Origin: Planctomycetota bacterium
GTDB taxonomy: Bacteria > Planctomycetota > UBA1135
Length of the DNA: 64,000 nucleotides
Reading direction: 5' to 3'
Assembly (NCBI GenBank): GCA_045047305.1
Contig: JASFYO010000029.1
Location: 48,543 to 112,542, forward strand
The position numbers and the translations under genes are program-made. Numbering within the stretch: the first letter of the stretch is position 1; each line of letters starts with the position of its first letter. This document shows positions 22,782-33,579 of this stretch, piece after piece. The notes under the pieces are model-generated. The model did not search any database. It saw only the letters and a list, made by a program, of their open reading frames with translations, and was not told the origin of the DNA.

Positions 22782-25307
22782 CTAAGCCACCACGAAGTTC
22801 ACCATGCGGCCGGGCACCACAATCACCTTGCGGATTTCTCCGTCTAGGTGCTCGGCGACGGCTGCGCGTGCTGCGACTTCCATGACACTCTTATTAGCAC
22901 CGGCTGGGACGACGGCACGCGCGCGCAACTTACCGTTGATTTGCACCGGGATTTCAACCGTGTCCGAGGTTAACTTGGACTCATCGTAGACCGGCCACGC
23001 AGCATAAGCCAGAGTTTCAGTCATGCCGATATTGGACCAAATCTGTTCTGCGATGTGCGGCGCAAACGGTTCCAAAAGGATACACAAGGTGGATGCTTGA
23101 TGCTTGGTCAAAGCCCCCTTCGCTTTGGTACCTACATTAACGAACTCCATCATGGCGGCAATCGCCGTGTTGTAACCCATTTGCTCCAAGTCATCGCCGC
23201 ACTTACGAATGCACTGATGCAAGGCGCGCTCGGTTTCATCCGGTCCACTTTTCGCAACACCGCGATCTAGCAAACGCCAAGTGCGTTGCAAGAAGCGGTG
23301 CACTCCTGGTAGGTCGCGTGGATTCCAAGGTGCACTAGCAGTCACTGGGCCCATGAAGGCTTCGTATAGGCGCATGGTGTCGGCGCCGTACTGCTTAATG
23401 ACATCGTCAGGGTTGACCACGTTCTTCAACGACTTCGACATCTTCGCGGTCTGACGTTCGACGCCGTCACCGGTCTTGGTGGAAACATAAACGCCTTCTT
23501 CTTTTTCCTCGACCTCATCGACGGGTACTAAAACGCCATCGGAGTTGCGGAAGGCATAACTCTGCACCATGCCTTGATTGACTAACTTATGGAAGGGCTC
23601 ATCCGCGGAAACCAAACCGCAATCGAACAGCACCTTATGCCAGAATCGTGCGTAAAGCAGGTGCAGCACCGCGTGCTCGGCGCCTCCGACGTACAAGTCC
23701 ACCGGCATCCAGTAATTTTCCTTCTCAGAATCCCACGCGGCCACGGAGTTATGAGGATCGAGAAAACGCAAGTAATACCAACAACTACCCGCCCATTGCG
23801 GCATAGAATTCGATTCGCGTTTCCACACTTTGCCGTCGCCATCGACCACGTTCATCCACTCAGTTGCGCGTGCTAAGGGTGGATCACCGGAAGCTGATGG
23901 AGTGAAGTCCGCCAATTCCGGAAGTGTCACCGGCAAATCACCTTCGTCAACCAACTTAGAGACTCCAGTTGGCTTGCCCGACGCATTCATTTCATGCAGG
24001 ATTGGGAAAGGTTCCCCCCAGTAACGCTGACGGCTAAACAACCAATCACGCAACCGATAGTTAATCTTGCCCTCCCCAATGAAACGTTTCTCCAACCACG
24101 CAACCATCCGTGGGATTGCGTTTTCACGGGCAAAACCATCAAGGAAACCGGAGTTTATCAACTCACCTTCCTGGTTGATAATTTCGCGCACTTCCAAGCC
24201 ATACTTCTCAGCAAACTCGCGATCACGGGCGTCGCCATCGGGTACGCACATAATGGCCCCGGTGCCGTAACTCATCAGCACATAATCGGCCGTCCAAACC
24301 GGCATCAAGCGACGCGCATCCCCTTGTGGATAAACCGGGTTCAAGGCGTAAACTCCAGTGAACACACCAGACTTGTCCTTTTGCAGTTCGGCACGCTCCA
24401 ATTCGGATTTAGTGGCTGCCTGAGCCACATAAGCATCGACCTCTTTGCGGGCAGAATCCACTGCCACCTCGGCAATAAGAGGGTGCTCTGGTGACAAAAC
24501 GGCAAAGGTGGCGCCAAACAAGGTGTCGGGGCGAGTAGTGAAAACTGCGAAGGATTTATTTAACAAATTGCCTTTAGCATCGGCAAGTTGAAACTTTAAT
24601 TCAGCACCTTCGGAGCGCCCAATCCATTCGCGTTGCATCGCCTTCACGGATTCCGGCCAATCCACCTTCTTCAAGCCAGCAAGCAAGCGGTCAGCATACT
24701 CGGTAATTTTCAGCATCCATTGACGTAAGGGGCGCTTCACACAACGATGACCTCCACGTTCGGAAAAGCCGTTGATGACTTCCTCATTAGCCAAAACCGT
24801 GCCGAGTTCTTCACACCACCAAACCGGAATCTCGGCTTGATAGGCCAAACCTTTTTCGTAAAGCTTGGTGAAAATCCACTGCGTCCATTTGTAATACTCC
24901 GGCGCGGTGGTGTTAATCTCGCGGTTCCAGTCGTAGCTAAAACCAAGTCCCTGCAACTGACGGCGGAACTGATTCACATTCTTCTCCGTGGTCACCGCCG
25001 GATGGGTGCCAGTCTGAATCGCGTATTGCTCAGCAGGCAAACCGTAAGCATCCCAACCCATGGGGTGAAGAACGTTGAAGCCCTTGTGGCGTTTGAAGCG
25101 CGCAGTGATATCCGTGGCGGTGTAGCCCTTCGGATGCCCCACGTGCAAACCCGCTCCGGATGGATACGGGAACATATCCAAGACGTAATACTTGGGCTTC
25201 GAGGCATCAAAACCTTCCTCGCCGGGACCGGCGGTACGAAAGGTATCTTGTTCACGCCAAGCATTCTGCCAGCGGGATTCAATGGTGGTGAAATCGTAAT
25301 CAGACAT
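22782..25307 (-). CDS. leuS: Leucyl-tRNA synthetase
   Basis: LDMFPYPSGAGLHVGH, FTTRPDTLFG, DWLFSRQRYWG, KMSKS; start placed at MSDYDF (ATG 25316 is an alternative). Confidence 0.96.
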   Translation of the reverse strand: MSDYDFTTIESRWQNAWREQDTFRTAGPGEEGFDASKPKYYVLDMFPYPSGAGLHVGHPKGYTATDITARFKRHKGFNVLHPMGWDAYGLPAEQYAIQTGTHPAVTTEKNVNQFRRQLQGLGFSYDWNREINTTAPEYYKWTQWIFTKLYEKGLAYQAEIPVWWCEELGTVLANEEVINGFSERGGHRCVKRPLRQWMLKITEYADRLLAGLKKVDWPESVKAMQREWIGRSEGAELKFQLADAKGNLLNKSFAVFTTRPDTLFGATFAVLSPEHPLIAEVAVDSARKEVDAYVAQAATKSELERAELQKDKSGVFTGVYALNPVYPQGDARRLMPVWTADYVLMSYGTGAIMCVPDGDARDREFAEKYGLEVREIINQEGELINSGFLDGFARENAIPRMVAWLEKRFIGEGKINYRLRDWLFSRQRYWGEPFPILHEMNASGKPTGVSKLVDEGDLPVTLPELADFTPSASGDPPLARATEWMNVVDGDGKVWKRESNSMPQWAGSCWYYLRFLDPHNSVAAWDSEKENYWMPVDLYVGGAEHAVLHLLYARFWHKVLFDCGLVSADEPFHKLVNQGMVQSYAFRNSDGVLVPVDEVEEKEEGVYVSTKTGDGVERQTAKMSKSLKNVVNPDDVIKQYGADTMRLYEAFMGPVTASAPWNPRDLPGVHRFLQRTWRLLDRGVAKSGPDETERALHQCIRKCGDDLEQMGYNTAIAAMMEFVNVGTKAKGALTKHQASTLCILLEPFAPHIAEQIWSNIGMTETLAYAAWPVYDESKLTSDTVEIPVQINGKLRARAVVPAGANKSVMEVAARAAVAEHLDGEIRKVIVVPGRMVNFVVA

Positions 25308-25479
25308 GGATTCCATGCAGACAGGGGCACCTAGCCCACAATCCGGCAAGGATTCTACTGAAACCGCCCTCTACGTGCTTTTCCAGTCTCAAATTGGGTG
25401 GATGTAAGCGCAAAGCGCCGCTACACTTTCCCGCCCTGGGTATGCGAGCTTTGCCTCAAACGCCCAATCAGGATGCAAT

Positions 25480-25555
25480 GGGGCTTTAGCTCAGTTGGGA
25501 GAGCGCCACACTGGCAGTGTGGAGGTCAGGGGTTCAAGTCCCCTAAGCTCCACCA
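25480..25555 (+). tRNA. tRNA-Ala (GGC)
   Basis: GGGGCTTTAGCTCAGTTGGGAGAGCG-CCACA-CTGGCAG-TGTGG-AGGTCAGGGGTTCAAGTCCCCTAAGCTCCACCA; G3:U70 pair, encoded CCA. Confidence 0.97.
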
Positions 25556-25606
25556 TTCATCCTCACTACGCTGACTTCTCAGCGTTGTTAACCCTCCAAT
25601 CTGACG

Positions 25607-27139
25607 ATGGCTGACCTCTTCCATCCCGACCGGCTTCAGAAACTGGAGGATTTGAAAGCCTCCGGAGCCGACCCATATCCGGCCCAGGCTAACTTTCCGA
25701 CGCAAGACGGAGTGGAAGCTGGCCCTCAGCGCGAGTTCGCCGCCGATGTCCTGGCCGACGCCGACCAACGCACTGGCGAAACCGTCACCGTGTTTGGCCG
25801 CGTGCTCGGACGTCGTGGCTACGGCAAGCTAGCCTTCCTAGACCTTCACGATCAAACAGGTCGCATCCAGATATGTCTGCAGAAGGATTTAGTGAGTGCA
25901 GAGGATTTCGCCCTGCTCAAGCAAATGAACCTTGGCGATTTTGTCGCCGTGCAAGGTGAATTGAAGCCGACTAAAGTTGGTGAGCCAACGGTATTTGGTG
26001 CCCGCTTCCGCATGCTCACCAAAGCACTGGAGAATCCTCCAGAGAAGTTCCACGGCTTAGCCGATTCGGAATTGCGTGCACGTATGCGCTATGTGGATTT
26101 GTTCGCCAACCAAGAAGTGCGCGAGACCTTCCTCAAGCGCTCTGCCATTTTGCAGGCCATGCGCCAGGTGTTCCTGAATCGACGTTATTCAGAAGTAGAT
26201 ACGCCGGTACTGCACCCGATTTATGGTGGCGCCAACGCGCGTCCATTTACCACTCACCATAATGCCTTAGACATGGATTTGTTTTTGCGCATTGCCCCAG
26301 AGCTTTACCTCAAGCGTTTGGTGGTTGGCGGCATGGAGCGGGTGTTTGAAGTGGCGCGCGTCTTCCGCAATGAAGGCCTTTCCATGCGTCATAACCCAGA
26401 ATTCACCATGATTGAATTCTATGAGGCTTACTCCGATGTCTATGGAATGATGGACATGACCGAAGAGCTAGTGGTTGCTGCTGCGAAAGCTGCAGGCTGC
26501 GAACAAGCAGACGGCAGCCTGAAGGCGACCTTCCGCAAGGAAGAGTTTTGCATGGATGCTCCGTTCCAACGTCTGCGCTATGCCGATAGCTTTAAAGAGT
26601 ACGTCGGATGTGATCCGACCGATCGCGATGCTGTTGCAGCGAAAATGAAGGAGCACGACGTGACTCCCGATGGCGATAGCGAATACGCTTGGTGGAAAGC
26701 AGTGAATGCCTTATTCGAGGATTTGGTTGAGCCTCAGTTGCGTGGACCAGTCTTCGTTTACGACTACCCCGCTGCCATTTGCCCACTTGCCAAACCACTT
26801 GTCAACGACCCAACTTGGGCCGGGCGCTTTGAGTTTTTCCTCGGTGGTATGGAATTGGCAAACGCCTTCTCGGAACTAAATGATCCGCAGATGCAGCTCA
26901 AGAAATTTGAGGAGCAGGTGCAAGATAAGGATCCGGAAAGCGTCAATCAGGTCGACATGGATTACGTCCGCGCCTTGTCCTACGGATTGCCACCCACCGG
27001 CGGCTGCGGCATCGGCCTGGACCGTTTGATTATGGTTCTACTCGACCGCGACACCATCCGCGATGTACTCCTCTTCCCACAGTTGCGTGCCGAAACGGGC
27101 ATGCTGGTGACCGAAGAAGAAATCGAAACCAAAGCCTAA
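25607..27139 (+). CDS. lysS: Lysyl-tRNA synthetase (class II)
   Basis: GGANARPFTTHHNAL, LRIAPELYLKRL, FRNEG...HNPEFT, YGLPPTGGCGIGLDRL. Confidence 0.97.
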   Translation: MADLFHPDRLQKLEDLKASGADPYPAQANFPTQDGVEAGPQREFAADVLADADQRTGETVTVFGRVLGRRGYGKLAFLDLHDQTGRIQICLQKDLVSAEDFALLKQMNLGDFVAVQGELKPTKVGEPTVFGARFRMLTKALENPPEKFHGLADSELRARMRYVDLFANQEVRETFLKRSAILQAMRQVFLNRRYSEVDTPVLHPIYGGANARPFTTHHNALDMDLFLRIAPELYLKRLVVGGMERVFEVARVFRNEGLSMRHNPEFTMIEFYEAYSDVYGMMDMTEELVVAAAKAAGCEQADGSLKATFRKEEFCMDAPFQRLRYADSFKEYVGCDPTDRDAVAAKMKEHDVTPDGDSEYAWWKAVNALFEDLVEPQLRGPVFVYDYPAAICPLAKPLVNDPTWAGRFEFFLGGMELANAFSELNDPQMQLKKFEEQVQDKDPESVNQVDMDYVRALSYGLPPTGGCGIGLDRLIMVLLDRDTIRDVLLFPQLRAETGMLVTEEEIETKA

Positions 27140-27591
27140 AGCCGTTGCGCGTGGGCTGGAGTAGGCAACTCCTCTAGCCCGGTGCCATCGGGATCAGAAT
27201 CGGAAACGTAAATTACCGTTCCCTTCCAGCCTTGGTCCTGAAAAGCACCTTCGCCAGTAAAACGGAAATACGACTGGCCTCCCCATTCGATAATCGGCAA
27301 ACGGTCTGGGCTAAAAAACCATCTACGGACGGATTCAGTATAGTTTTCGGGGCCGTTCCATGTAGAAGAATACGCAATCAGCGCATCCTCAGTGCTTGGC
27401 ATGTCCTTGTCCGGAAAAAGCTCAAGCTCAAATGGTTGAAAAACAGGAGGATCCGCGAGACTAATGATGAGATAGCGTCCGCGGTAAGCCTTTGCCGTCG
27501 GAGCTAGATTGCCATCCGCAAAGTCATTGCCGAAACAGCTGCCAAGCAAACAGCTAAGTCCGAGAATCGTGGTTTTGATTACCCTACGCAT
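27136..27591 (-). CDS. Hypothetical lipoprotein
   Basis: MRRVIKTTILGLSCLLGSC lipobox-like N-terminus; starts immediately after the upstream gene's stop. Confidence 0.55.
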   Translation of the reverse strand: MRRVIKTTILGLSCLLGSCFGNDFADGNLAPTAKAYRGRYLIISLADPPVFQPFELELFPDKDMPSTEDALIAYSSTWNGPENYTESVRRWFFSPDRLPIIEWGGQSYFRFTGEGAFQDQGWKGTVIYVSDSDPDGTGLEELPTPAHAQRL

Positions 27592-27592
27592 T

Positions 27593-28870
27593 TCACTTCT
27601 CCAAACGGTACATTCCACCCTTACTAAAAGGGATTGAGGCCTGTGGATCTTTTTCTAGAGCAAGAATAGCTCGCCGGATGATACCTGAATAGAAAACTTG
27701 TTGCTCATCGTCCGCTAGCCCCGCTAGCCCCTCGAGCCACGGTAAAGCTCTTTCCCCAAGTAGAGCCAAGCTTTGCGACGCTAACGCAGCATCTTCTGGG
27801 AAGGAATTGTCTTTCAGGTGCTCCAGCAATAAAGGCACATAGCGCTCCGTCTCCGAACAATGGATTTGCGCCAAAATCGCTGCGGCACGCAAGCGTAATG
27901 TGAGCGAAAGTGAATCCAAAGCGGGGAGTAAATACTCTAGGGCTTGCAGTGGGTGCCGCAAAAAAAAACTTTGGGCCAGATTCGCATTGCCTACATTGAT
28001 GGTACTTGGAGAGCCAAAGCTATCTTGTTCTAGGCACTCCACGGCAACACAAAATAAGATTTCCGATGGCACCCTTGCGCTTTCCATGAACAAAGATGCG
28101 GCCAAGACTCGAAGTTGGCGGTCCTCGCTGTTTAGCCCACGTTCCAAGAACTCCAAGGAGACCGTGCTTTCCCCAGCGCTTCCACGGATAGCTGCAAATG
28201 CTTTCACAGCATTTCCAGTCCTTGCATCGTTTTCTAGATCGAGAAGCCACCTAGCTTGTTGCTGCTCCAATGTCGGCAAAGGCACAGACAAGCCAAGGCG
28301 TGCCAGTTTTCCGCCGCCGACCCAGCGTAAACTTGGTACCCATTGCGCCAACGCCATTTGCGCGCGCCGCAAAAATTCTTGGCGACGACCACTCCGTTTA
28401 ATCCCATCGCATACGGACTGAACGCGATGGGAAAATACATCTTCTCGGTTCCATGAGGCCGCTTCTAACCAAGGTTTTGCTTTCTCCCCTAACACGATCA
28501 AGGCATGCTCCGCAACCAAGGCATCACCGCGAATGACATTGTCCTCCAGATGCCAAATCAAAATCCTGCAGACCCGTGCCAGGTCATGCTCCTCAATGCC
28601 GGCCTCGGCAAGTAATACCGCAGAAAGTAATCGCTGTTGCCAATCTGCCCCTTCAATTCCATACCTTAAAGCGGAGCTTGAATCCGCCATTCGGAGAGTG
28701 TGAAAAGCGTGCTCAGCATTCCCTTGAATTCCATCATCGCAAAGCGCCTTGAGCCACTGTGATTGCTGGGCGGAATCGCCACCGACAAAATCCTGCGCTG
28801 CAACAGGCCATGATGCTAGTAAAAAAAAAGCGTAGGCGAGCGAGCGCTTAGTAAGAATCCAAATCTTCAC
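27593..28870 (-). CDS. Hypothetical secreted HEAT-like repeat protein
   Basis: Signal peptide ending VAAQ; internal repeat RLLSAVLLA...HLEDN...LGEKAKPWLE vs RLRAAAILA...HLKDN...LGERALPWLE. Confidence 0.6.
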   Translation of the reverse strand: MKIWILTKRSLAYAFFLLASWPVAAQDFVGGDSAQQSQWLKALCDDGIQGNAEHAFHTLRMADSSSALRYGIEGADWQQRLLSAVLLAEAGIEEHDLARVCRILIWHLEDNVIRGDALVAEHALIVLGEKAKPWLEAASWNREDVFSHRVQSVCDGIKRSGRRQEFLRRAQMALAQWVPSLRWVGGGKLARLGLSVPLPTLEQQQARWLLDLENDARTGNAVKAFAAIRGSAGESTVSLEFLERGLNSEDRQLRVLAASLFMESARVPSEILFCVAVECLEQDSFGSPSTINVGNANLAQSFFLRHPLQALEYLLPALDSLSLTLRLRAAAILAQIHCSETERYVPLLLEHLKDNSFPEDAALASQSLALLGERALPWLEGLAGLADDEQQVFYSGIIRRAILALEKDPQASIPFSKGGMYRLEK

Positions 28871-28949
28871 AGGAATCTCAGTCTATCCAAACAAGGACGG
28901 GTTTCCAATATCAGGAATTCTTAAGCGCAAAACAGGAAACACTCGCTGC

Positions 28950-29312
28950 TCAGCCGGCATGGATTCCCAAAGTTTCATACAGCGCGAGAGGCTTAGTCAC
29001 TTTTTGATAAGTAAGATTCGCAAAAGCATCCGCCCCAAGAAGCACCAAAACCAGAACTGTAAGGCTAAGTTGGGTTTGAGTCTGTGTATGCCTTTTCAAG
29101 TTCACCACCGCCACGGGAATGCAAGCAATCATCCTAGTCATGCTGCCAAAATCCAAGAGTTCCTCGAGCCCCCAGATGGTGACCAAGCCAGGGGCGTTGA
29201 GAGCCGTAAAACCGCTGGAATTGAAAGGGATTGCGTGGGGAAAAAATAAAACCGCGAAAAACCCTGAGGCCGACGCCATAGCACCACGAAGAACTGGAGT
29301 TGGGGTCGCCAT
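28950..29312 (-). CDS. Small hypothetical membrane protein (start uncertain, possibly 29279)
   Basis: Hydrophobic segments; fills the gap between divergent units; no recognisable motif. Confidence 0.3.
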   Translation of the reverse strand: MATPTPVLRGAMASASGFFAVLFFPHAIPFNSSGFTALNAPGLVTIWGLEELLDFGSMTRMIACIPVAVVNLKRHTQTQTQLSLTVLVLVLLGADAFANLTYQKVTKPLALYETLGIHAG

Positions 29313-30697
29313 CCAAGCCTTCCCGCCGCCGTAGACTTTCCAGCGTGCTGCGCTTAGCCCTGACCTACCTATTCCGACGTCCGGTCCAGTTGCTGGCCGT
29401 ACTAGGAGTAGCGATTGGCTTATTGGCGCTATTGTCTGTCCTTGCGGTCATGAACGGCCTCATCAGCATGAACCGTGACGCCATCCGTGGACCGCTCGGC
29501 GACCTCATGCTGATCCCTGCGGTCACTGCGGAACTCCCTCACTGGCAGGACTATGAAACAGCGCTGCAGAAGGTTCCAGAAATCGAAGCTATTGCCCCGC
29601 ACTTGGTTGCTTATGCCATGTTCAGCTTCCCCGGCTATGTGGTCGACCTTTCCAATGCTCGGCAATCGGATCACAATGGAATCCAGGTTGTTGGCATTGA
29701 CCCAAAAGCGGAACGCTTGGTTAATAACTTCCGACTCGAGGTGGAATCTGCACAAACGATTCCGGTAAAGAATTTCAACCTACCTTTCCAGGGCAGCGAT
29801 GCCATTTTCCCCAGTCCTGGGGTCTTGGTCAGTGATGCCTTCGCGACTGCATACGGCCTAGCCTCCATGGGGCTGCAAGGCGCAGCAGTGCAAATGGAAT
29901 TGGGGTCTCTACCTGCGATTCTTCCACCTATGGGCGAAGAACTTATTCCACACAACACCGTCGTCGATGTTCTCGGAACCTATAGCGGCAGTGATTTCCG
30001 CAGCGTGATGGATCGGGTTTATATGAACCGCTCGGGTGAGAATGGTCTGCATTACAATTTGCTGGGTACCAGTGCTGCCGACTTCACCGAAGGCTTAATT
30101 AAGCTCAAGGCTGGGGTGCGCCCCAGCGACGCAAAAACATCCATACTTGCAGCTTTGTCCGCTGCTGGTTTACCGTTGCCGGGCGGGCCTAATGGCGGCT
30201 CACTAGAAACTTGGCAAGAGCGTTCTCAATTAGTTCTGAGCGCGATTGAGAACGAACGACGTGTCGTAACCCTGGTTATGTTTTTCATCGTAGTCGTGGC
30301 AGCCTTTGGTTTGTTCGCCACCCTTTCAACCCTTGTACGCGAAAAAATTCGCGACCTCGGGGTACTTGCCGCTGTTGGCTATAGTCCGATACGACGTGGC
30401 GGCCTTATGCTTCTCACCGGAGGTATCGCTTCCGCTCTTGGATGCGCACTTGGTTTTCTCGGTGCGTATCAACTGGTCCTATATCGGGCTATGGTAGAAG
30501 ATTGGGTATTCGAGAATTTCCATTTCCGCGTTTTCCAACCCGATCTCTACGTGGTGGAAGGCCTCCCTGCACGCTGGGACATGCAGGAAGCGCTGTTCCT
30601 TACCATGTGCACATTCCTGATTGGACTGTTGTTCACCGCGGCTCCAGCAATTCGAGCCGCACTTCTGTCCCCTGTCAAAGCTCTGCGCTATGAATAA
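29300..30697 (+). CDS. LolC/E-type ABC transporter permease (FtsX/MacB family)
   Basis: VAIGLLALLSVLAVMNG, ETWQE...AIENERRV...FIVVVAAF...[20 protein letters not shown]. Confidence 0.88.
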   Translation: MGSPSKPSRRRRLSSVLRLALTYLFRRPVQLLAVLGVAIGLLALLSVLAVMNGLISMNRDAIRGPLGDLMLIPAVTAELPHWQDYETALQKVPEIEAIAPHLVAYAMFSFPGYVVDLSNARQSDHNGIQVVGIDPKAERLVNNFRLEVESAQTIPVKNFNLPFQGSDAIFPSPGVLVSDAFATAYGLASMGLQGAAVQMELGSLPAILPPMGEELIPHNTVVDVLGTYSGSDFRSVMDRVYMNRSGENGLHYNLLGTSAADFTEGLIKLKAGVRPSDAKTSILAALSAAGLPLPGGPNGGSLETWQERSQLVLSAIENERRVVTLVMFFIVVVAAFGLFATLSTLVREKIRDLGVLAAVGYSPIRRGGLMLLTGGIASALGCALGFLGAYQLVLYRAMVEDWVFENFHFRVFQPDLYVVEGLPARWDMQEALFLTMCTFLIGLLFTAAPAIRAALLSPVKALRYE

Positions 30698-31397
30698 TTC
30701 GGATCCTGCTTCCGCCCCAGTATTAAGTGCAAGCAATGTGCGCAAGAGCTACCGCATGGGCAGTGGTACCTTGGATGTCCTCCGTGGGGTCGACATTGAG
30801 TTGCACACTGGTGAAGTCACTGCATTAATGGGTTCCTCTGGATCGGGAAAATCCACTTTGCTGCAATTGCTTGGGCTTATGGATCGCCTCGACCAAGGCA
30901 GCATTGCCCTACGCGGTCGCCCGATTCACGCATTAGGTGCTGGAGCCTCCGCCAAGATCCGTGCGCAAGAGTTAGGTTTTGTTTTTCAACAGTTTCAGTT
31001 AATTCAAGAACTGTCGGCGTTGGAAAACGTACTGCTACCCCGCCGAATCGCACGTAGCTTGTCTTGGTTTGCAAATCGGCAGAAAGAAAGGCGTCGCGGT
31101 ACGGAAGTATTGCAAGAGGTAGGGCTCGGAGATCGCTTGAAGCATCGACCCAACCAGTTATCCGGCGGTGAGCAACAACGCGTTGCAATTGCACGAGCTC
31201 TCATTTCTGCACCACCGGTATTGCTTGCAGATGAACCGACAGGAAACCTTGATCGTCAAACCGGGGAAGACGTTTTAGATTTGCTGCTACGCCTCGCTCG
31301 CGAACGTGGTAGTGCTATGTTGCTTGCAACCCATGATGAACGCATCGCGGAAGCATGTGACCGTATCATTTACCTGGAGGACGGCAAGCTCGCATGA
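30690..31397 (+). CDS. lolD: LolD-type ABC transporter ATP-binding protein
   Basis: [47 protein letters not shown] 30690. Confidence 0.85.
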   Translation: MNNSDPASAPVLSASNVRKSYRMGSGTLDVLRGVDIELHTGEVTALMGSSGSGKSTLLQLLGLMDRLDQGSIALRGRPIHALGAGASAKIRAQELGFVFQQFQLIQELSALENVLLPRRIARSLSWFANRQKERRRGTEVLQEVGLGDRLKHRPNQLSGGEQQRVAIARALISAPPVLLADEPTGNLDRQTGEDVLDLLLRLARERGSAMLLATHDERIAEACDRIIYLEDGKLA

Positions 31398-32617
31398 GCC
31401 TATTGCGCCTCGGCTGGGCTTACTTCTCTCAACGCCTCATCCTTCCGGTGGCGGCCATTGGCATTGCATTAGGTGTTGCTGTCTTATTTACCGTACTGGC
31501 TGTCTTTCAGGGATTCCTAGAGGAATTCGAAGGCAGTATCCGTAGTTTTTCTGGCGATGTGGTGATCGACGTACCACGGCTGGTCCCTCAGACAGAAAAA
31601 CAGTATGCGCAATGGATTCAAGAAGTAGAGGGTGTAGCACTCGCACAACCACGGCTCAACTGGTTTGGTTTAGTTGGACGTCGCGGGAGTAAAGCTCTTG
31701 ATGACCCACGTAGCGCTGATTTGAGCGGTATCTTGATGATTGGCGTTGATAACGCCGAACTTGAAATTCCGGATACAAGTGATGAGCATATGCTTCCCAT
31801 GGTGTTGGCTCATCCTCTGGCTAAGAGTTTAGGCCTAACACTCGGAGACTCAGTTGAGATTGTGACTCATCGTGGTGGTCGCGGACGCGCCATCCCAGTG
31901 CGTCAGACCTTTGAGTTGGTAGATTATTTTTCCACCGGACGGTTTGACCAAGAGATTGACCGCGTATTTGTGCGACGCCTTGACCTTGCAACTCTATGTC
32001 GCAGCCAACCGCCGTTCTCTTCCTGGAAGGTACACGCTATCCCCGGCATGGATGCTGGTATTCTCGCGCAAAACCTACGCGACCACTTCCAGATGCTTCC
32101 AGAGGTAAGTCTCATCGATCAACCTCGAATTTCCACTTGGCATGATATCGGTGGAAATTTCTTGCGTGCTGCAGAGAATCAAAAAGGAATTTTAGGGGTG
32201 GTTTTTGGATTCATCGTTTTGGTCGCTGCTTATCAACTGATTGCCACACTCTTACTCACTGTGGCTGAAAAACGCCAAGACATAGGCATCTTGGGTGCTC
32301 TTGGCGCTTCCCCGCTACGGATTACCGGTTTCTTTGTCGGTCTCGGCTTACTCATCTCTACACTTGGATGCGTGCTCGGACTGCTCCTTGGTTGGTTCCT
32401 GGCAACCCACTTACCACTGGTTGAAAGCCTTTTGGGCGGTGGCGAACCCATTTTCCGCCAAGAGATTTACAAATTTGACCACATCCCTGTGGCCATCGAT
32501 GTCTCCTCCATTACAGTTTTGCTGGTAGCCACATTAACCACGGCGGTCTTATTCAGTTTGCTACCGGCTTGGCGCGCTTCACGCTTGCGCATTATTCAGT
32601 CCTTACGGCGGCGCTAA
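31394..32617 (+). CDS. LolC/E-type ABC transporter permease
   Basis: IALGVAVLFTVLAVFQG, FIVLVAAY...VAEKRQDIGILGALGA, PAWRASRL. Confidence 0.88.
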   Translation: MSLLRLGWAYFSQRLILPVAAIGIALGVAVLFTVLAVFQGFLEEFEGSIRSFSGDVVIDVPRLVPQTEKQYAQWIQEVEGVALAQPRLNWFGLVGRRGSKALDDPRSADLSGILMIGVDNAELEIPDTSDEHMLPMVLAHPLAKSLGLTLGDSVEIVTHRGGRGRAIPVRQTFELVDYFSTGRFDQEIDRVFVRRLDLATLCRSQPPFSSWKVHAIPGMDAGILAQNLRDHFQMLPEVSLIDQPRISTWHDIGGNFLRAAENQKGILGVVFGFIVLVAAYQLIATLLLTVAEKRQDIGILGALGASPLRITGFFVGLGLLISTLGCVLGLLLGWFLATHLPLVESLLGGGEPIFRQEIYKFDHIPVAIDVSSITVLLVATLTTAVLFSLLPAWRASRLRIIQSLRRR

Positions 32618-32648
32618 CAATCGAAGCGTAGTAGCGTACGCTTAGAAC

Positions 32649-33575
32649 ATGCTGCGCACCGCACTCCTCTCTCTGGTGCTCCTCACATCCTGTTCAGGCT
32701 CGATGACTGATACCGCTCCTACGACACGCCTGAACCTTGCGATTCCTACCCTCGGTGGAAAGCAGTTCTGGGCGGACCGCCGTTGGCGAGGCGGGTGGCG
32801 TATTCAAGAAAACGTGATCACGGGTCACCATCGCCTGCTCGATCCCCAAGACAAGCGTCGCGCATGGGGTAATCTGCCAGCATGCCTATTGGAGTTAGAA
32901 GCCCGTGCGCCACAGGTGAGCCCCTCGGACAACACTCTTGTCATTCTTCTCCATGGCATGGGCCGCAGTCGCTCGGCCTTCTCCAAAATGCAAGAAGAGT
33001 TGCAAGCGCAAGGGTTTCATGTAGCTTCCATTTCCTACCCCAGCACGCGACGTCCCATCGAAGCTCATGCGCAGCAAGTTGCCGAGCTCTTAGAAAACTT
33101 ACAAGGGTACTCCAGAGTCAGTTTCGTCACCCATAGCCTTGGCGGCATCGTGATACGCCGCCTGCTCGCCGACCGCGGGGATTGGATGCGGGAAATTGAC
33201 GTCGAACGCTTGGTCATGCTGGCGCCGCCGAACCAAGGGTCAGACTTTGCCCTGAAGCTAGAATCCTTCGCACCTTATCGGTGGCTCTTCGGCGAAACTG
33301 GACAAAGTTTGACTCCAGAAGCCATGCGTAAAATGCCTGTACCTGAAATACCATTTTTAGTCATTGCAGGCTCAAGTGGAAAACCAGATGGCTACAACAG
33401 CATGCTGAACGGCGATGATGACTTCGTGGTTAGGGTTGCCGAAACGCATCTTGCGGGCGAAACTGCGCACCTCACGGTGCCAAGCCTGCATACCTTTTTA
33501 ATGAACCAAGACTTGACCATCGCCGCAACCGCCGGCTTCCTGCGTGATGGAACCGTGACTACGGAAATCCCCTAA
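32649..33575 (+). CDS. Alpha/beta hydrolase (lipase/esterase-like) lipoprotein, copy 1
   Basis: Lipobox LTSC; LLHGMGR, THSLGG, APPNQGS, DDFVV, LHTFLM. Confidence 0.85.
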   Translation: MLRTALLSLVLLTSCSGSMTDTAPTTRLNLAIPTLGGKQFWADRRWRGGWRIQENVITGHHRLLDPQDKRRAWGNLPACLLELEARAPQVSPSDNTLVILLHGMGRSRSAFSKMQEELQAQGFHVASISYPSTRRPIEAHAQQVAELLENLQGYSRVSFVTHSLGGIVIRRLLADRGDWMREIDVERLVMLAPPNQGSDFALKLESFAPYRWLFGETGQSLTPEAMRKMPVPEIPFLVIAGSSGKPDGYNSMLNGDDDFVVRVAETHLAGETAHLTVPSLHTFLMNQDLTIAATAGFLRDGTVTTEIP

Positions 33576-33579
33576 CGGA

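Noticed and set aside
25480..25610. tRNA-Ala or tRNA-Sec as integration sites for an island
   Set aside because: No integrase and no duplicated tRNA 3' end seen; both are flanked by ordinary genes
28905..28952. Possible Sec readthrough at the GGC-TGA-GCA end of the 120-aa ORF
   Set aside because: No redox motif or convincing hairpin, and another stop follows 13 codons later
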